Shown piece after piece: positions 29,177 to 32,000 of a DNA stretch of 32,000 nt; the first letter of the stretch is position 1; each line of letters starts with the position of its first letter. This DNA comes from Xylella taiwanensis (GTDB lineage Bacteria > Pseudomonadota > Gammaproteobacteria > Xanthomonadales > Xanthomonadaceae). Made by a program: the position numbers and the translations under genes. The notes beneath the pieces were generated by a model that made no database searches, was not told where the DNA came from, and saw only the letters and a program-made list of their open reading frames with translations. Location of the stretch: NCBI RefSeq assembly GCF_013177435.1, contig NZ_CP053627.1, positions 1,170,001-1,202,000 on the forward strand, in the 5' to 3' direction.

Positions 29177-30085
29177 ATGATGTCTACTTCTATTCCTGAT
29201 GTTGTTGTTCATGAGCTCCCAGCAGTCGCTGCGCCGTTGCGTTGGGTTGGCATGGACGGGATCGTAGTACCAGTCCAATTGACTACTACCGATGGTGGCC
29301 AACGTTTGGTTGGACGGGCCAAAGCGCAGATTGATTTACCTGCTATAGAAGTCAAGGGTATTCATATGTCGCGCTTGTATCGCCTTTTAGATACGTATGC
29401 GGCTGAACCACTGACACCTGTTGGTATTTGTGGATTGCTGACCGCGATGGTGAACAGCCATGTTGATTGTGCATCTACCGCTGCCCGTGTGGATTGGCGT
29501 TTCGATTGGCTGAAGCGTGTGCCGGCGTTGGTGAGTGGCGACTTGGCTGGTTGGCGTGGTTATCCGGTGCGGCTGCGTGCCGAATGTTGTTCTGAGCGTG
29601 TTCGGTTCTGGTTGTGCGTGGAGGTTGCGTACTCGTCGACTTGTCCGTGTTCGGCAGCATTAGCGCGGCAGATGCTGGCCGATGCATTTCTACAGGAGCA
29701 CGCTGATGTGTCTGCATTATCACCCGTGACCATTGCCGATTGGTTGCGTCGGCATGGTTCCTATGCCACACCACATAGCCAGCGCAGCGTGGCATGTATT
29801 GAGGTTGCACTGGCTGAGCAGGCATCTGAATTGGGTCTTGCCGCATTAGTCGACTGTGCCGAGCGCATCTTGTCCACGCCTGTGCAGGCGGCGGTACGGC
29901 GTGTCGATGAACAGGCTTTTGCTCGCCTCAATGGCGCTAACTTGATGTACGTGGAGGATGCTGCACGCCGTTTGCAGCACGGATTAGCCATCCATTATTC
30001 CGCTTTCAGGGTACATGTACGGCACTTGGAGAGCTTGCATCCTCACGATGTGGTTGCCAGTACCGAAGATGCGTTATCGACCTGA
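29177..30085 (+). CDS. folE2: GTP cyclohydrolase I type 2 (GCYH-IB, FolE2)
   Basis: IPDV...LRWVGMDGIVVPV N-terminal pattern, KGIHMSRLY, the YSSTCPCSAALARQ block and a C-terminal ESLHPHD. Preferred start is the ATG at 29177; the track start at 29159 is a GTG. Confidence 0.88.
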   Translation: MMSTSIPDVVVHELPAVAAPLRWVGMDGIVVPVQLTTTDGGQRLVGRAKAQIDLPAIEVKGIHMSRLYRLLDTYAAEPLTPVGICGLLTAMVNSHVDCASTAARVDWRFDWLKRVPALVSGDLAGWRGYPVRLRAECCSERVRFWLCVEVAYSSTCPCSAALARQMLADAFLQEHADVSALSPVTIADWLRRHGSYATPHSQRSVACIEVALAEQASELGLAALVDCAERILSTPVQAAVRRVDEQAFARLNGANLMYVEDAARRLQHGLAIHYSAFRVHVRHLESLHPHDVVASTEDALST

Positions 30086-30147
30086 TCCATGTTCAATTCA
30101 AGATGCATGAAATAGTCCTTTCTGGTTCCCATCACAAGTGCTGTCCT

Positions 30148-30708
30148 ATGATCCGTAAAAACCCGCGGGGAGACCTGCCTGATGTTCACGAAAGTGCTTT
30201 CGTTGATCCTACTGCCATCCTATGTGGCTGTGTCATTGTTGAAGCTGGTGTTTTTATTGGCCCGTATGCGGTCATCCGTGCCGACGAGACCACGGCTGAC
30301 GGGGAGATTAAGCCGATTCGGATTGGTGTTGGTGCCAACATCCAGGATGGAGTGGTGATCCATTCCAAGTCTGGCGCTGCGGTGACGATCGGTGCACGTA
30401 CCTCGATCGCGCATCGGGCGATCGTGCATGGGCCATGTACGGTCGGCGAGCGTGTTTTCATTGGTTTCAACAGTGTGTTGTTCAACTGTGTGGTTGGTGA
30501 TGGTTGTGTCGTTCGGCACAACGCGGTGGTCGATGGTTGTGATTTGCCCCCTGGCTTCTACGTACCTTCCACCGAGCGGATTGGGCCAAGTACCGACCTT
30601 GGCACAGTGCCGCGAGTCACTGCGGCTGCCTCCGAGTTTTCCGAAGATGTGGTGGAGACTAACCACCGGCTCGTCGAGGGTTATCGCCGGCTGCGCAACG
30701 AGTTGTAG
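30148..30708 (+). CDS. Gamma-class carbonic anhydrase-like left-handed beta-helix protein
   Basis: MIRKNPRGDLPDVHESAFVDPTAILCG...IQDGVVIHSKSGAAVTIG...IAHRAIVHGPCTVG... shows hexapeptide repeats with the His ligand pattern. It starts 62 nt after folE2 on the same strand. Preferred ATG is at 30148. Confidence 0.85.
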   Translation: MIRKNPRGDLPDVHESAFVDPTAILCGCVIVEAGVFIGPYAVIRADETTADGEIKPIRIGVGANIQDGVVIHSKSGAAVTIGARTSIAHRAIVHGPCTVGERVFIGFNSVLFNCVVGDGCVVRHNAVVDGCDLPPGFYVPSTERIGPSTDLGTVPRVTAAASEFSEDVVETNHRLVEGYRRLRNEL

Positions 30709-30851
30709 ACATCGCTTCAGACGGCCTGTTGTTTTCGTGCGCCCGTGATGGTTGGAAATGCAAAAATTTCTACCGTAGGCGGTGCTTTGGGGAACAACTC
30801 AGTGTGTGGTCTACGATGTAGGCAAGATGTTCACGTTTATCCTGAAGGCAC

Positions 30852-30879
30852 GAAGCCCCGGTCTTATGACCGAGGCTTC
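30852..30879. terminator. Candidate bidirectional hairpin between convergent gamma-CA-like gene and RND pump gene
   Basis: GAAGCC-C-CGGTC-TTAT-GACCG-A-GGCTTC gives 11 bp of stem with one C/A mismatch and a tetraloop. No clear U-tract on either strand, hence low confidence. Confidence 0.3.
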
Positions 30880-30903
30880 GGAGGCCTGTCCAGGCTGCTA
30901 GAA

Positions 30904-32000
30904 TCAGCGATTTTGAAGGCGTCCGTTGTTTGATTGAGCTTCAAGGTATTGCTTGGATTGCTCATCCAGCTTGTCGCCGAGTATACGTCGTACCACGACG
31001 AAGAACAGCGGGATGAAGATCACCCCGAGGATGGTTGCGAAAGCCATGCCACCGATCACGCCGGTGCCAATCGAATGCCGGGCGTTGGCTCCAGCACCCG
31101 TGGAGATGGCTAGTGGCAACACACCCAAGATGAACGCGAAGGACGTCATCAGGATTGGGCGGAAGCGTAAACGTGCTGCATCGATGGCTGCTTCACGCAA
31201 TGTTTTGCCAACGGCGCGTTGTGCGACGGCGAATTCCACAATCAGAATTGCATTCTTTGCTGCCAGACCGATCACTGTGATCATGCCGATTTTGAAGTAC
31301 AGATCGTTCGGTAAGCCACGAAGCATGGAAAATACGATGGCACCTAATACACCGATTGGTACGACCAGCAGCACAGCTACCGGAATTGACCAACTTTCAT
31401 AAAGTGCTGATAAGCATAAGAACACCACGACGACAGACAGCACCAATAGTAACGTTGCGGCGTTGCCAGCGATGATCTCCTGGTATGACATCCCGCTCCA
31501 GTCAAAGCCAAACCCACGTGGCAAGTCGTTGTTAACGATGCTTTCCAACACATTCATCGCTTGCCCCGATGATGCACCAGGTGCTGTGTTGCCAACAATA
31601 TTGATTGCTGAATAACCGTTATAACGGCTGAGTGATGGCGCTGCGTATACCCAATCCGTCTTGACCACGTTGCTGAGCGGAATCATTGACGGTTGGCCAT
31701 TAGTATCAGTGGCTGAATTGCTGGGTGTGTAGAAGTTGCGTAGCGAATCAGGGCTGGTGCGATAAGTGTCGTCGGCACGCATGTTGACGCGTTTAATGCG
31801 GCCTTCCGAGAAGTAATCGTTCACGTAGGTTGGAGCCAGCATTAGTTGGATCGCTGTGTAGATATCGCTGGTTGACAGGCCCATCGATTCTGCCTGCACG
31901 CGATCAACAGTCAATTGCAGCTGAGGAGAGTTTTCCAGCCCGTTCGGGCGCACGCCGATCATCACGTTCTGGTGTTGCGCGGCCTTGCCAAGTAGCAGAT
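30904..32000 (-). CDS. RND multidrug efflux permease (AcrB/MexB family), C-terminal part; gene continues beyond window end
   Basis: Typical AcrB C-terminal TM bundle (ALYESWSIPVAVLLVVPIGVLGA...GLAAKNAILIVEFA...RLRFRPILMTSFAFILGVLPLA). The frame stays open to position 32000 (hand check: ...LLLGKAAQHQNVMIG). Confidence 0.92.
   Translation of the reverse strand, partial: LLLGKAAQHQNVMIGVRPNGLENSPQLQLTVDRVQAESMGLSTSDIYTAIQLMLAPTYVNDYFSEGRIKRVNMRADDTYRTSPDSLRNFYTPSNSATDTNGQPSMIPLSNVVKTDWVYAAPSLSRYNGYSAINIVGNTAPGASSGQAMNVLESIVNNDLPRGFGFDWSGMSYQEIIAGNAATLLLVLSVVVVFLCLSALYESWSIPVAVLLVVPIGVLGAIVFSMLRGLPNDLYFKIGMITVIGLAAKNAILIVEFAVAQRAVGKTLREAAIDAARLRFRPILMTSFAFILGVLPLAISTGAGANARHSIGTGVIGGMAFATILGVIFIPLFFVVVRRILGDKLDEQSKQYLEAQSNNGRLQNR

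Overview
32-kb chromosomal window of roughly 50% GC. The recognisable proteins look Xanthomonadaceae-like (Xylella/Xanthomonas type); that organism guess is inference only. Intact genes are mostly housekeeping. They are: a TonB-dependent receptor 5' end, an ABC-F ATPase, uvrC-pgsA-tRNA-Gly-tRNA-Cys, kdsB plus a low-MW tyrosine phosphatase, mrp, hemL, a secreted DRGH endonuclease, hemB, two lipoproteins, pcaD and pcaR, mnmG, a DUF218 protein, lpxO, bioC, folE2 plus a gamma-carbonic-anhydrase-like gene, and the 3' part of an RND efflux pump. I found no CRISPR array, no rRNA, no intact mobile element and no convincing multi-gene defence or secretion system, so I do not claim a novel system. The unusual feature is gene decay. 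By my hand tally about one third of the window is ORF-poor and strongly G+T-rich on the + strand. In three of these tracts I can read collinear relics of genes expected from synteny. These are a COG0523 zinc-chaperone relic next to the folE2/gamma-CA pair, a bioH relic truncated beside an IS5-family transposase fragment upstream of bioC, and (weaker) a uvrY/gacA-type response-regulator relic upstream of uvrC. The best candidate for something undescribed is a sigma54-type promoter followed about 100 nt later by a strong intrinsic terminator with no ORF between them (21538-21685), i.e. a possible RpoN-dependent small RNA. All homology calls come from by-eye motif recognition and need database confirmation.
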